NCBI RefSeq assembly: GCF_009914755.1
Contig: NC_060940.1
DNA from: the human T2T-CHM13v2.0 reference genome, Homo sapiens
Direction: 5' to 3' (one strand)
Length of the DNA stretch: 64,000 bases
The number at the start of each line of letters is the position of its first letter. Positions within the stretch are counted from its first letter, which is position 1. Below, piece after piece: positions 26,201 to 41,658 of the stretch. A program made the translations under genes and the position numbers. The notes beneath the pieces are model-generated. The model was given only the letters and a program-made list of their open reading frames with translations, did no database searches and was not told the origin of the DNA.

Positions 26201-28174
26201 TCCACCCTACCTGCTGTCTTTATTTGAAAAACTTATCTATTACCACCTGTGCAGGTAACAGCACAAGGCACCATGATGCCATCCCCAAAAAAAAGATGTC
26301 CCTAAAGGACAATGGAATTGGGGGAAAGTGGAAGAGAGATACATTGCTAAACTCTTTTCAATGGGAAAGTTTAGTTCTAAAATAATCAAGAGCCATTATT
26401 AAACTAGGAATTGCAAGAAGATGCTATGCACTGGCCAGGCAGCTGTGGAACCTACTGAGTTGAGTGAGAATTTCTGAATACCGAGTGATCATTAGCATCT
26501 TCAGAGAAATCACTTTTTAGAACGGACTCAGAGAAATAGGAAAGAAAAACACTTTAGGATGATGCCGTGGAAAGAATGGGAATTCCCAGAGACAACATGT
26601 AACAAATGATGTGTAAGGGTGATTAATGAGAATTAGGCACGGGATTAACATTGAAAGACCAATGAGCTCCCGCAGATAACATTATTTGTTTTTTACCTGG
26701 AGCATGACCATTCTACTGCCTTAGTGGGAAACAGTTTGTGGAGGAGCTGGACTTTACCACCTGCAAAATGTAATGCTCAAATCAATTTTTGGTTGTCGTA
26801 TGTCTATTTTTGCTAATTAAGTTATTTTAAAAGATAGTTTCTGTCTCCTCCATGAGCCATAAGCTCATTGAGGACACACATTATGCCAGTTTTGCCTACT
26901 GTTTTAACTCTTAGGCATAGTCAATGCTTAATAAATATTTTTGAATAAATAACGGATTTTGAATGAATTTCAAAATGTATATCTCAGAGATAGGCAATCC
27001 TATATCTCTGTCAGTGGCTAAGTGGTGTTGTAGACTTAGCCCTCTCAGTAGATGGATATATGCTCCCTTAGGACCACAGCATGCTGGCTTTGATCTGCTC
27101 ATTGAAGAAGCCACAGTTACCCATGCTTTGGGTCATTGGTATCTGCTCAACTATCTGCTTAAAATGATTATGAGCATAGTTTTCCCATGTCCGACATTTT
27201 TTGTTTCTCTCAACTCAGCTTTCATGTTACCTCCTGGGAGAAACTTTCTCCGACCAGCTAATTTTTTCTTTTTAATTGGTGTTTTTAGTTTTCGTTCAGC
27301 CTCTTTTCCACACTATCCATCATTCTGACTCATTTTTTTTTTTTTTTTTTTTTTCACAACATCTTCTTCTCTCTGCAAGGGTCTCATTTCATTCTATTTG
27401 CATTCTGGCTTACTTTCTGATTTTCCCGCTAGAATCTTATCTCCTTGAAGGTATACACATCATTGGTCTTGTTTAGAGCTGAGAAGGCATTCTCACTTTG
27501 GAAACGCTTGATAAATAATTCTGGACAGACAATTAAATGGGTTGATGGATGAATGAAAATGTGGCCATCTTACTATTTAGTCTTAAAAAGAATGAGAGAG
27601 ACTTGTGTGAATGAATGTGGGCAAATCTTTAAAACACATTGGACAAACAAAAAGAATGAAAAATATTCACAGAATGACCCAATGCGGTTTTAAGTTAAAT
27701 GATATATGTGACTATTTAGACGGAATCACATTTTTGAGCTGATCTAAAGATGGTTATACAGGAAGCAGTATGGAATAAATGATCTTGCTTTATGGAAACA
27801 TACTTTTAAAACTTGGATCATATAGTTCACAAGTGACTCTCGCCAATCCAGGGAAGGGAATGACATATGATCCTTCCAATCCCAGCAAAATGCTGATTGT
27901 GATGGAGATCCCAGAGACAGATCTAAATTCTCAATTTAGGGTGTTCAGCACTGTGCCGGGCACAGAGCAAACACTCATTGTTTGTTCATTGGATGAGTGA
28001 GATAAGGTAATTTAACGTAAACGAAAGTTGAAACATTTTATGCCTCTTGAGAAGAGGCACAGTCTTTGAGAAGTCATATGAAGGGACCTCTATGTGATGT
28101 CAAATTTGGGCCAGTTACATAGGCAAAGAATAAGAAGCTCCCACAAATAGTAATACAAGGCACAAATAAAGTCA

Positions 28175-28737
<563 letters not shown>

Positions 28738-28831
28738 CCCACCAACCCAATGCAGAAAATCTGTATAATTATCCTAAGAATACAGACATTAATAATTGGA
28801 AGTTATTATAGCTAGCTCTCAGGTTAGCATG

Positions 28832-29229
28832 TGTGTTCATTCATTTTGCATTGATTTACAGGAATACCTGAGGTTGGGCAATTTATAAAGAAAAGAGGTT
28901 TATTTTGGCTCATGGTTCTGCAGACTCTGCAAGAGGTATAGTGCCAGCATGTGCTACTGGTGAGCCCTCAGATAGCTTAAAATTATGGCAGGAGGTGAAA
29001 GGAGCAGGCACATCTATGGCAAGTGAGGGAGCAAGATAGACACCATGCTTTTTTAAATGACCAGCTCTCACATGAACTATTAAGGCTAGAACTCACTGAT
29101 TACCCTGGGGAGAGAACCAAGCCATCCATGAGGGCTTGACCTAAATGCCTGTCACTAGATTCCACCTCCAACATTGGGAATCACGTTTCAACATGAGATT
29201 TGTAGGGGATAAATATCTAAACTATATCA
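28832..29229 (-). mobile_element. MaLR solo LTR, MSTB-like
   Basis: AGGAATACCTGAGG..AATTTATAAAGAAAAGAGGTTTA..GGCTCATGGTTCTGCAG...CACCTCCAACATTGGG...AAACTATATCA. Confidence 0.9.
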
Positions 29230-29299
29230 TTGGGTGAATTTAACAACTCTGAACTAAGTCTTATATCGCAAAGCTCCAACTTAAATAATAATAATATGC

Positions 29300-29800
29300 A
29301 TTAAGCCATTCAATATTTATTGAGTGTCTACTAAGTGCTATGGATATAGCAGAAGAGAAAAAAAAAGCAGATGAATAGTCCTCCCTTGTTTCAGCTTATG
29401 TTCTAGAGAGAAGATACAGACAAGATAGATATAGCTAGCTAGATGAATGATGGATGGAAGGAGGGACGGTTGGCTAAACAGCAAGATGGATGGAGATAGA
29501 TGGATGGATGGATGGGCGGGTGATGGATGAATGGGTGGGTAGATGAATAGATGAATAGACAGATGAATTAGTCTGAGATTGTGGAAATCACATAAAGAAA
29601 AATAAGGCAGAGGAAAGAGTGAAATAGTACTGGGGCAGACATGAAATTCAGAATTCAGTGTTTTATAAATGATCATGCAAGACCTCACTCATAAAAAGCA
29701 GCTTTCAGAATTTTGAGCAAAGCCCCAAAGGAAGCAAGCGATCAAGCCATATGTAAACCTCGGGGAAGATGTTCCTGGCTAGGAGAACAGTGGTAACAGC
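29300..29800 (-). mobile_element. L2 3' remnant with embedded (GGAT/AGAT)n tract (about 29425-29570)
   Basis: CATTCAATATTTATTGAGTGTCTACTA..., AGCTTATGTTCTAG, GGGGAAGATGTTCCTGGC. Confidence 0.7.
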
Positions 29801-29814
29801 TAGCATTTCCTGAA

Positions 29815-30010
29815 AGTTTATCATGTGACAGAAACCCTGCTAGGTGTTTTACATACTTTATCTTGTTTAATCCTCTAACAGGTAATATTAGTTTCCTTTG
29901 AGAAAACTGAGACCTAGAAAGATTAAGGGATTTTGTTTTCCCAAGGTCAATCAGCCAGTAAGTGTAGACACCAGGATTCAAATCCAGTGTGAAACTTCAA
30001 AGCCTGCCTC
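29815..30010 (-). mobile_element. MIR remnant
   Basis: TTTAATCCTC...GAGAAAACTGAGACCTAGA...CCCAAGGTCA...CCAGGATTCAAATCCAG. Confidence 0.8.
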
Positions 30011-30848
30011 TGAGGAAAAAGACAGAAGGGGAAACTGGGCTATACTTGATTAATAGAAACGTGTTCCACGACTGGCCCCTCAAAATTGGTCATGACTGGG
30101 CATGGCTGGACACTCCACCTAGTAGTACAGCAGCAGAAACATTAACCCCAGCAGCCTGATTCCAAAGCCTGGGTGGCTAACCACTGGCTTCCAAAGAGCC
30201 GCAGACTGGGTGGTGCTGGCTGGTTGGTCCGGTTAAGATTTTAATGCCCTAAGCAGGCAGGCCAGTTCAAAGCACTCATAGACTGCTACCTTAGCCAGGT
30301 TTCCCTGTGTCCTATTTTGCAAACCAATCAACCAGTCAACCGACAAACAACAACAACAACAAAAAGGGGGACCCCAGGGTTCAGTGAGAAGAAACACCAG
30401 GAACATCCTGGACTAGCATCAGACAGACAGTGTGGCTGCCATTGTTCTGAGGGAGACCCACAATTGGCTTCACGCCCTCAAGCCCCATTATATTCCATCA
30501 ACCCTTTGATAGAATTATGGCCTCCTTGGCACCTGTCCCCCCACCTCCAACATCCTCTCCAGCGCCCCCAGGCCACCTTACCCCCAACAGGATGCAGCCT
30601 CGGTGCTTGGAGACAGACGGATTTAACTGTGGATAATTTGGATCTCACCCAATATCTCACATTTGGCTTTTCTCACACAAATGAAGCTGATTCTGCATCA
30701 GAAAACCCTTCAGCTTTTTCTAGCATACCCTTTCTGATCTGAGGGAGACATTAAAAAGAGGCTAAACGAACTGTGATTGTGTGCTGTTTCTTTCACCCAG
30801 GTTAGATCTGACTATGGGCTTATTTCTCACAAGAGTCTTACCAGGTAG

Positions 30849-31506
<658 letters not shown>

Positions 31507-31982
31507 TCATTTCAACTAATATGGAGAGAGCATGCCCTGTCTTTCAGCCAGTGAATTAAGTCTTGAAGTTATCAAGATTTAGGTTAAACACAGAGACCCT
31601 GTTCTCAAGGAGTTCGTGATTTAAAGGAGCATTCTCAGTCCTGGCTGAATTGTACTTTCACCTGCGACACTGCCCTTCCCTCTCAGAAAATCCAAGCCCA
31701 ACTCCTGCAGGTGATGATGTGGGGCCTTGTGAAACTTGGCGAAGAGCTCAGAGTTGAAAATGCTGTGATCTCAACTGTCTCCTCTTCGAATCCCACTTTA
31801 AAGGCTCAATATCACACACCCATTTCATTTCCATGACTCTCTAGTGTTGGGGCTGTTCTCACCTAATGGTCTACTTTCTGGACGTGTCTGCCCTCAAGCC
31901 TGAGCAGAATCCAAAGTTGAAACCTTTAAAAAATGCAAGCTAGTAAAACATTTCTGTTTCTACACCTTTAAAACTTTCTCTT

Positions 31983-32287
31983 GGCTGCGTGCAGTGGCTC
32001 ACACCTGTAATCCCAGCATTTTGTGAGGCCTAGGCAAGAGAATTGCTTGAGCCCAGGAGTTCAAGACCAGCCTGGGCAACAACAAGTCACCATCTCTAGA
32101 AAGCATTTTTTAAAATTAGCTGGGCATGGTGGCATGCACCTGTAGACCCAGCTACTCTGGAAGTTGACGTACGAGGATGGCTTGAGCTCAGGAGTTTGAG
32201 GTTACAGTAAGCTGTGATTGCCTCACTGGACTCCAACATGGGCAAGAGAGTGAGACCCTACCTCAAAGAAAGAAACAAACAAAAAAA
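31983..32287 (+). mobile_element. AluJ
   Basis: TTGAGCCCAGGAGTTCAAGACCAGCCTGGGCAAC, GAGGATGGCTTGAGC; near-TSD AAACTTTCTCTT. Confidence 0.96.
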
Positions 32288-34285
32288 CTCTTTCTCTTTG
32301 TTATCTTCTTGGATTCCTTCTTCATTTTTTTCTCCCGTACCTCTAAGCTATCCCTAAATGAATGCATGAAGCCCAGCGCAGTTGGAGGTGTTTTAGAGGG
32401 ATGGGGAGTGGGGAGAAGTACAGTCAGGGATAAATCAAATTAGGAGGAGATACAAACCTCCCCAGATGGGGTCTTCTGGCTCTCGACTTACTAAATTGCT
32501 CTGATGCCTTCCTGATATCTCCCGCTGTTTCCTATGTACTTGAAAGCAACCAAATCACCCACCCCTAATCTCCATTTTGCTTCCCCGACTATGAATTGTT
32601 TAATCCTTTTTTAAAGTCTCTTATCTGACTCAGCAATCTCTAAAATATTTTGAAGAAGATGTTTTCTTTCCTACTGGAGAGTAGCCATCAAGTATAACTA
32701 CAGGGCCATATGTTAATTAGGCATCTAATCTGCCATTTCCCAAGTGGGCTCTGATAATAGTTTTGCAGAAAAACTAAGTTTGAGATATCTCTTCCAGAAG
32801 ACTCTGGTTGGCTTTTTTGTTTGGCCTTTCCCTGGAAATGTATTCTCTGTAGTCTCCTATCTCAGCATTCATAATATACTTGATGTAAACCCTATCCAAG
32901 CTAAATAAATAAGACAAAAAATAAAAGACTGTTTGTAAATTTTTAAAAAAGAACACAGGTTATTAGACATTTTTATTTTCTTATTTTTTCACTTATATCT
33001 CCTCCCCTCAAAGTTAAAATGTCTTTATACTACTGGACCCCACCCAACTGTCACCACAGATGTACCTATGTTAAAATTCCTTTCATTTCCTGATCCAGCC
33101 AGATGTTTCCTGGCCACAATTATGACACTTGCTCAATGTCTTTTGGTGCATCCTTTGGCCAGGACGAAAGCTGTTTCCAGTCACCATTTTCTCACAGGGA
33201 ATGAGTACCTTCCCACATGGCCTTCCTCAACCTTCCTTTCCTTTCTCACCATGGCTGCCAAGAGGGGTTTTGAGCAGCCTCCACCCATCCCAAAGCAGGG
33301 AGCATGTTCAGCAAGGAGCCCCGGAGCCCAGCCAGGTCAGCAGCATCCATGATCCAGCCTCATCCTCGGTCCTCTCTTTAATTCCTTTGTCCTGTATGGA
33401 ATACCTCTTGGGTTCTGTGCCTTGAATAGTTAGCTTTTTCTAAACTTTATAAATGTGATGCATCAATAAAGAATCCTGTAGGATATCTCTCCTCCACCTT
33501 GAAATGCATTCCTCATGGGGCTCAGATGATGTCACAGACTATATATTTTTTCCATAAGGTATTAATGCCTCCTATTTGGCAATCCACTTAAAATATGTGA
33601 TCAAACCATTCAAAGTGATGTTGCTTATCCTAGATAATGGGGAAGAAGAGAGAACAACAAAATAAAAGAGTCACTTGTCAATCCACCTTTTCTCTGGGCA
33701 AAAATGTCCCCATATTCCAACACAAAGAACTAAATCCTGAAGGGTCAGCAATTGCATTTACTATCATAATTTATTTGGGTCAAGTAGATGGTATTGAATA
33801 GAGATGAGTATTCCTATTAGTTGTATCTAAAGCAAATCTCATCTCCCATCATGTATGTATGTGTGTATTCACATTTCATATGCACACACCCATAATCCAT
33901 AGTACAAAGCACAACATGCTTTAGAATAAAACAAAATACTCAAAAGTTTCAAGCAGGCATTTCCTAATAATAGGTTTTCAATAAAGAATAACAAATATTA
34001 GCCTAATCAGAGGAACTATAAATGTTAGCAAGCAAAGTAAACATTCTATTGGTAATTATTATTGGAAATGAATTAATATGTAAAACACTCAAAATGGCAG
34101 ACTTTTAAAGCAAAAGTCATTGGGCTGGAGAAAGAATGTTGAATGATTGAACAAGTATAACATTGATATAATGTTGGCTATTTTGCCAAGAAGAGGAAAT
34201 CGCAATTCAAGAGTTTTTATAAAGAATTATTGCCTACCTATCATGATTTTTAGACCACTTCCCAAATTGGAATGCAGTAGAATAG

Positions 34286-34620
<335 letters not shown>

Positions 34621-35231
34621 TCAGCCATCTTTTAAGGCCCTTCTTAATTTCACCTCTTTCTGATAAGATTTTCTTTGCAGGCCAGAGCTCATATTTCTTC
34701 ATTTGTTCCATGAAATCCAGTTGAACTTTTTGCCCAGATATATGACATGGGGCAGCCTAGTCCAAGTTATCTTTGTTATTGAACTAGGGTATAGAGAGGT
34801 CTTTTTGGGTCGTCTGTGTGATTTCCTGCCCCTCCCCAATCTGTTCTCCTTTCAGCAGCTGGTGTCATCCTATTAAAACATGAATGTGTTCATATTATGT
34901 CCTTACTTTGAACTCGTTCACTTTTTTCAATAAGTGGAATAGAGTTCAGAGATCTTCCAAAGCTCACTAGGTCCTGTGTGATATACCCAACGCACCTTTA
35001 CTGCCCTGCCCTTCTTCTCTTTGCTCAAGCACTACTGAGAACTTTCTGGCCAATGAATAAGCCACGCTCTTCCCTGCCTTAGAATCTCTGATGTTCTCGC
35101 CCAAATGCATGGAAAGCTCTCCCCCAATTTATTGTCAGTAGGTTTGGGTGGGACTCCAAAATCTGCATTTTTAATAACATCTCCAGGTGTTTTTAGTTTG
35201 TTTGTTTTATAAACATTCCTGCTTTAGAAAA

Positions 35232-35483
35232 GAGGGCAGCACATTTGTTCTGTAAAGGGCCAAGCAGTAAGTATTTTTGGTTTTGTGGGCCAGACAGTGC
35301 CGGTCAAGACGACTCAACACTTCCCACTGTAGTTTGAAAGAAACCATGGATAATACATAAATAAGTAGGCATGGCTAGTATTCAATAAGACTTTATTTAC
35401 AAAAACAGATTTGGGAAAAAAAAGAGAGAAAAAGGAAACCAGATTTGGCTGTTGGCTGCTGCCCAGAGTTTGCCAACTCATTG
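35232..35483. mobile_element. MER58A hAT-Charlie MITE
   Basis: TTCTGTAAAGGGCCA..AGTAAGTATTTT..TTTGTGGGCCA...CAATAAGACTTTATTTACAAAAACAG...AGTTTGCCAAC. Confidence 0.85.
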
Positions 35484-35652
35484 GAATAAAGAAGTTCTTG
35501 AGCTGAAATATGCCTTAAAATCCCTTCAGGTGCACTTTCCACAGAACAGATATCTGTACTTCTAAAGGCATGAACATATGCATTTTTTCAAGTTCAACAA
35601 ATATGTCCAATGGTCACTGCAGGATACCTATCTATTTATCCATCTGTCTATC

Positions 35653-36018
35653 TGTATTAGTCTGCTCCCACACTGCTAATAAAAACATACCCAAGACTGG
35701 GTAATTTAAAAAGGAAAGAGGTTTAATGGACTTGCAGACATGGCTGGGGAGGCCTCACAATCATGGTGGGAGGCAAAGGAGAAGCAAAGGCACATCTTAC
35801 ACAGTGGCAGGCAAGAGAAGTATAGAGTGAAGGAGGGGAAAAGCCCCTTATAAAACTATCAGATCTCATGAAAACTCACTCACTGTCATGAGAACAGCAT
35901 AGAGGTAACTGACCCCGTGATTCAGTTACCTCCCACTAGGTCCCTCCCATGACATGTGGGGATTATGGGAACTACAGTTCAAGATGAGATTTGGGAGGGG
36001 ACACAGCCAAACCCTACC
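35653..36018 (-). mobile_element. THE1 (THE1C/D-like) solo LTR
   Basis: TGTATTAGTC..CACACTGCTAATAAAAACATACCCAAGACTGGGTAATTT...GATGAGATTTGGG..GGGACACAGCCAAACC. Confidence 0.93.
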
Positions 36019-36239
36019 TCCATCTATCTGTCTATCTATCTGGACTAAAATAAGAACTTTAAAATATTTTCTTCCCTCCCATAGTAAATTGGGCTACCTT
36101 GAGAAGAAGCATCCATCCAATTCTTGGAATACTCAAGCAGGAAGCTAGTAAATCTCTGACAAAAATGATGCTCAGGAATTCCTATTTACACTCATTGAAC
36201 GAAATAACACCATTATTTCCAAAATATTCCAGGGCTCAA

Positions 36240-36500
36240 TGGTGTTCTTGAATTCGATCTTGGTATCAAATACAACTGAATTCAATCCCAGCTTTACCAC
36301 TTGTAAGTGCTTAATCCTGAGAAAGCTTCTTAGCCTCTCCAAGACTTGATTTGCTTACCTTTAAAATGGGAGACTAATATTTGTCTGGCATAATGCCAGT
36401 TTGGATACATAATACATAGATAAAGAAGCTACCCCAAGGCCTGTTCCCATAATAAGTTCTCAATAAATTGTGTGCATTTTCAGTATTGATATTATTAATG
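36240..36500 (+). mobile_element. MIR remnant
   Basis: TTCAATCCCAGCTTTACCACTTG...TTTAAAATGGG...CTCAATAAAT. Confidence 0.7.
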
Positions 36501-36502
36501 GT

Positions 36503-36794
36503 GGCCAGGCACAGTGACTCACGCCTGTAATCCCAGCACTTTGGGGGGCCGACGCAGGTGGATTACGAGGTCAGGAGTTCGACACCAGACTGATCAACAT
36601 GGTGAAACCCTGTCTCTACTAAAAATACAAAAATTAGCTAGGTGTGGTGGCATGCACCTGTAATCTCAGCTACTCAGGAGGCTAAGGCTAGAGAATCACT
36701 TGAACCCAGGAGGCAGAGTTTGCAGTGAGCTGAGATCGTGCCACTGCACTCCAGCCTGGGTGACAGAGCAAGACTCTGTCTCAAAAAAAAAAAA
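36503..36794 (+). mobile_element. AluSg-like
   Basis: GGATTACGAGGTCAGGAGTTCGA; TSD ATTATTAATG on both sides. Confidence 0.97.
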
Positions 36795-38249
36795 GATTAT
36801 TAATGTTAGCATTTACTTGTTCCTCATTTCACTGCTTTGACCCTATCTCAGAAATTCCAAGTTGTACCCTGGAATGTTTACACACACAGCCATCAGTGTT
36901 AGATTTACATTTTCTCATCTCATCCTCTCGTGGTGCTTTGACAGGGCTGAGATCTATGTTAAATATCATCATTCATTTGTTGGTTTCCATTCTCTTTAAC
37001 CTCATGTGTGTGTTGCCTCACTCAGTCATTCAAACGACCCTTAGCAATTCAGCTCATGAAATGTTTGCACGGGGCATTGAAATAGCTCTTACAAAAGGTT
37101 CTAGGTAGAGTTTCTGCCACAGAAACTTTCTCAGGCCATAAACAGCCTTTTAAAAAAAATATTTGGGTAAATGTTCACATTTTGAGCTCTTTTGGTGCTG
37201 AAGTTGTGGGCCCCACCTTTTGTGGAATTCTTTCAACTATCAAGACCATGTGAATCTCTGGGCTAAGAGGTCACCGTTTCTGATTCTGGGACGTGCAGTC
37301 CCTGCACATTCTCAGTCCAGGCCGGCAGCCCAGAAACTACCCTACAAAACATTTCGCAACACTGGCCTGAGTACAAGAAGTTATCAGTGTGAGCTTCCTA
37401 CACATCCACATGGGGCTTCTCAGTATTTCACCTTTGGAGGAAACACAGGCCCAAATCGTTAGTTTCCAGAGCCACAGATGGTACAGATAAATCCCCAATC
37501 AATATGTGCAGTGATAAGTTCTTATCAGTGGGAATGGATCCTGGGAAGTGTTCACCAGTTGATATTATCACGCTAAGTAAGACACTAATAACCCTGCTTC
37601 CTATGTCGTTCCTGCATTCTATAAACTCAATCCCATGCCTTAATGCCCACAATGGGTCTGGGTACTTTAAATTTCACATTTACCAGTGTTAAAATATAGC
37701 AGCAGGTAACTATTTCTGAATTTTGGACTCTCATTTTCTGGCCCCATTGTTGGCCTCATATTCTGACTCCCATATTATGAGACAACCTTTTTACTTGGAA
37801 AGTAGATATCTCCAAGCTCATTATAAGAGATGTGCTGAGTCATTCAACGGTTTGCTGACTCATCAGAACAGCTTGGGAGCCACCATATCCATGAGCCAGC
37901 TCTCAGCAAATTACATCCTCCAAGTTAATTAGAGCTGATGTTCATATTCCCCTCTTAGAAAGAAATCTTAAGGTCCATTTAATATAAGGAGAGTCCACTA
38001 GCAAAGCTTGAATTTTCAAAGAAGTAATGATATGTCCTAAAGTCTCATATAATAGATTGAATACCTGTCTTCTCACAGATATGCCACCTTTCCCATGGTG
38101 TAGCCAATTCTCTCCAGGGCCTTGGCTTATTTAGTTCATTTCTTCTAGAATTTTAGAAGATTCTATCTATATCTACATATGTGACTAAATATATATAAAT
38201 CCTTATGGTACAATTGACTATTGGACAGTGGTTGCCAATCAGTAAAATG

Positions 38250-38352
38250 AACCCAGATTCCTATTGCAAAAAAACTGAGAGATAACAGTGTGTGCTGTTT
38301 TCAGCTCATAAGTGTTGGGGCAATTTTTTACGCAGTAACAATAACTAATACA
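38250..38352 (+). mobile_element. MLT1 LTR 3' fragment
   Basis: CCCAGATTCCT..AAACTGAGAGATAA...ATAACTAATACA. Confidence 0.65.
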
Positions 38353-39194
38353 ATTAACTGATGGAAGCTTCACCAAAGAAATACTGGTGAATATGTGCCA
38401 TGAAAGATGTGTGCATGTGAGAGCATGTGTGTCCATATCTTAAGAATACAGCAGCAGGTGGAAACTTCAGGATTTTGTCAAATTGTTTATGTGGAGGCTT
38501 ATCAGCAGAAGGGGAGATGCTCTGCCCCATACATATTAGAAAATAACAGAAACAAGACAGTTGAGCTTCTGTTCAAATTTCAGACATGGAGGAATTTCCC
38601 TAGACTCAAAACCTTATGGAATTTGGAAGAGGTTCTGAGTTTCCTCATTGTATTCCTCATGCCTGACACAAAGCAGGCACAATAAATACTTACTGAACAA
38701 ATGAATGAGTGGACAAATGAATAAAGAGAATCCAGAACTGATCTGGTGTGAATAAATATGTTAATATCAGGTGAAGATTTTTAGGAAGTGCAATTTCCCA
38801 GTTATTTGGAGACATTCACTTTACCTCCCGGGTTGGTGAAGAGTTTGGAGCATGCCAAGGTCATGAGCATGATGGATAATGCTGCAGCCCAAATCATAAG
38901 TCACGATGTCCCTACCTAACTGTCTGTTAAGAGTCACTGACTCAGCATTTTACATTAGGAGTAACTGTTGTGAACAGGAACTAGGAGAGGATAAAAAGAG
39001 TTCACAGCTGAGCAGGTCACTTGACAGTAAGCTAGCCTGGTGCCAGGCCTTTCCTGCTGATGTGGAGCTCTGCCGTCCACAAAAGGACCCTGGATGGGAA
39101 TGTGTCATTGCTGCATGACCCACATGCTTCTGGAATCTCCAGCAGGCTCCATCTCCCCAATGGCTCTGGATGTGCAGAGTGAAAACCACCAGTC

Positions 39195-39370
39195 ACTGTG
39201 CTCTGAAACTGAAATTTCAGGGCCCCAAAGCATCAGGATGGCCTGTTAGAAATGCAGATTCACAGGCCCCACCCCAGACCTTCCCCATCAGAGAACAGGA
39301 GGGAGCAGGCAAGCAGCAATGAGTGTTTTAACAAGTCCTCAGGAGATTCTGACTCATGCTCAAGTTTGGT
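39195..39370. mobile_element. MER5A hAT-Charlie MITE
   Basis: TGTTAGAAATGCAGATTCACAGGCCCCACCCCAGACC...TTTTAACAAG..CAGGAGATTCTGA...AAGTTTG. Confidence 0.85.
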
Positions 39371-39728
39371 TTATGGTAAAGGAAAACTAATTTAGAGGAT
39401 TCTGTAATGGTTCAGATGTGAGATAATGAGAAAATAACCAATGGATGCAACAGTAAGAATGGACATATGGAAGCAAAACAAAGATAGTTTATAAACATTA
39501 GAATTGCTTGGATTTGGTAGTTGATCAGATGGCAGAAGATAGATATGAAGGAAGACCCTAGGCTGGCTAAGGATTTTAGCTTGGATCTTTGGGTGAATGG
39601 ATTCTGTATTGAAAGCAACAGGAGTTTCCTGGGACACTCGACTTTAAATGCCCAAACCAGAAACATCCTGGGCAAATTGAGACAATCACCCTAACAGAAG
39701 AGCTCTGCAAATAGATATTAATGATAAT

Positions 39729-40110
39729 TACTATGGACTGAATTGTGTCCTATCAAAATTCCTATGTTGAAGCCCTAACCTCCTGTGTGACTATATCTGG
39801 AACTATGGCCTTTAGGAGAAAATTAACGTTAAATGGGTTCATAAAGGCTGGGCCTTCATCTGATTGAACTATGGCCTTATTAAGAAAAGAAAGAAAAAAA
39901 ATATATATATATATATATCTCCCCGCCCTGTGAGGACACAGCAAGAAGGTGACCATCTGCAAGCTAGGAAGAGACCCCTCACTAGTACCTGACCATGCTC
40001 ACACCCTGATCTTAGACTTCCAGCCTCCAGGACTGTGAGAAAACAAATGTCTGTTGTTCAGGTCACTCAGTCTGTGGCATTGTGTTGTGGAGGCAAACTG
40101 ATCAATAACA
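39729..40110 (+). mobile_element. MaLR solo LTR, MLT1A-like, with internal (TA)n
   Basis: CTATGGACTGAATTGTGTCC..AAAATTC.TATGTTGAAGCCCTAACC...GTGAGGACACAGCAAGAAGG..CCATCTGCAAG; near-TSD ATAAT/ATAAA. Confidence 0.9.
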
Positions 40111-40134
40111 ATAAATCAATGACGATTTTATTGA

Positions 40135-40310
40135 TCAAGCATTTATTATGTACTAAACACTATGAAATCCTTCACATAAATTATTTCATATAACCCTTAC
40201 AACACTCTGTAAAACGGGAATAGCAATTATCCCCAATTTACAGATTAGTAGACTGAGGTAAATCAGGTTAAACCACTCACCCAGATTACACATCTATTAA
40301 GTAGCAGGGT
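40135..40310 (-). mobile_element. MIR remnant
   Basis: TTATCCCCAATTTACAGAT..GACTGAGG...CCCAGATTACACA. Confidence 0.75.
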
Positions 40311-41329
40311 TAGGGCACTTTTTCTCCATTTTTGATGGTACATTGGAATCACAGACAGTTTTTTTTAAATTCTGATGCTTGGGTCGAACTACCAGGGGAT
40401 CTCATACAGCCAATGTTCACTAGAGGCTGCATACTGAGATATTTAAATCAGGCAAGGTGGAGGTCCACTGTGTTAGAATCACCTGGAAAACATGTAAAGA
40501 AACAGAGACCCACCTCACCCCAGACTAATTTAGTCTATAATCCAGGCACTTTCACATGTGACCATAGTCATAAATGGATCCTTGGTCTGCCTGACTCCAG
40601 GTGCTAGACAAGCTAATTCCTAGAATTTCTTAATTTCAAATATTTGCATGGAGGAGTTGTTGAGGGTATATATTCTAATATCCAGATCTGTATAGCTGAC
40701 CAAGGGTGGAAATCAAGATAAAGATCTAAAATGGTTAATAGGAGAAAGCAAACTGAAATCACGATTCTCTAAGAATTAACTCAGGAGATGGAGGTAAATG
40801 TAAAGAATTCCAAAGAACATGATTGACTTTGTGCTGTTGAAATATTTTGTGTCTCCCTGAGAAAACAGCCCTCTGAGCGCAGCTGGATATTATTTTAGTT
40901 AGGATTTTGCCTGATGCATGAAGATCAATCCTATGGCTTTCCTTGACACATATAGCTAAATAGGACCAGTGACTCCAGGTGAGAGCTCAATACATTGAAG
41001 AACAAGTGATTAGCCCTGACTTGAGATTTGCTGCTTGGCAGTTGCTGTTCTCCATAAAATGCTTGAGATGTCCTGCGGACTTTGTGGTTTAACATCATTG
41101 ATTCAAAAGTGAAGCCAATTAAGAAGCATTATGGGGATGTATCAGGGAAGAAACCTAAAGTAAAAGAAAAAAATATTCTCTGTGTTTACTATAGGTAATC
41201 CTACTGAAAAAAAATTTATCTCTGTGTGATAATAAAAACAAGTGAGAAGTAGAAGGGTCAGATGCTTATCTGTTTTCATTTCTTTTTTTTCTGTTGACTA
41301 TTCTATTATTCTAGAATCTAAGTTGAGGA

Positions 41330-41658
<329 letters not shown>
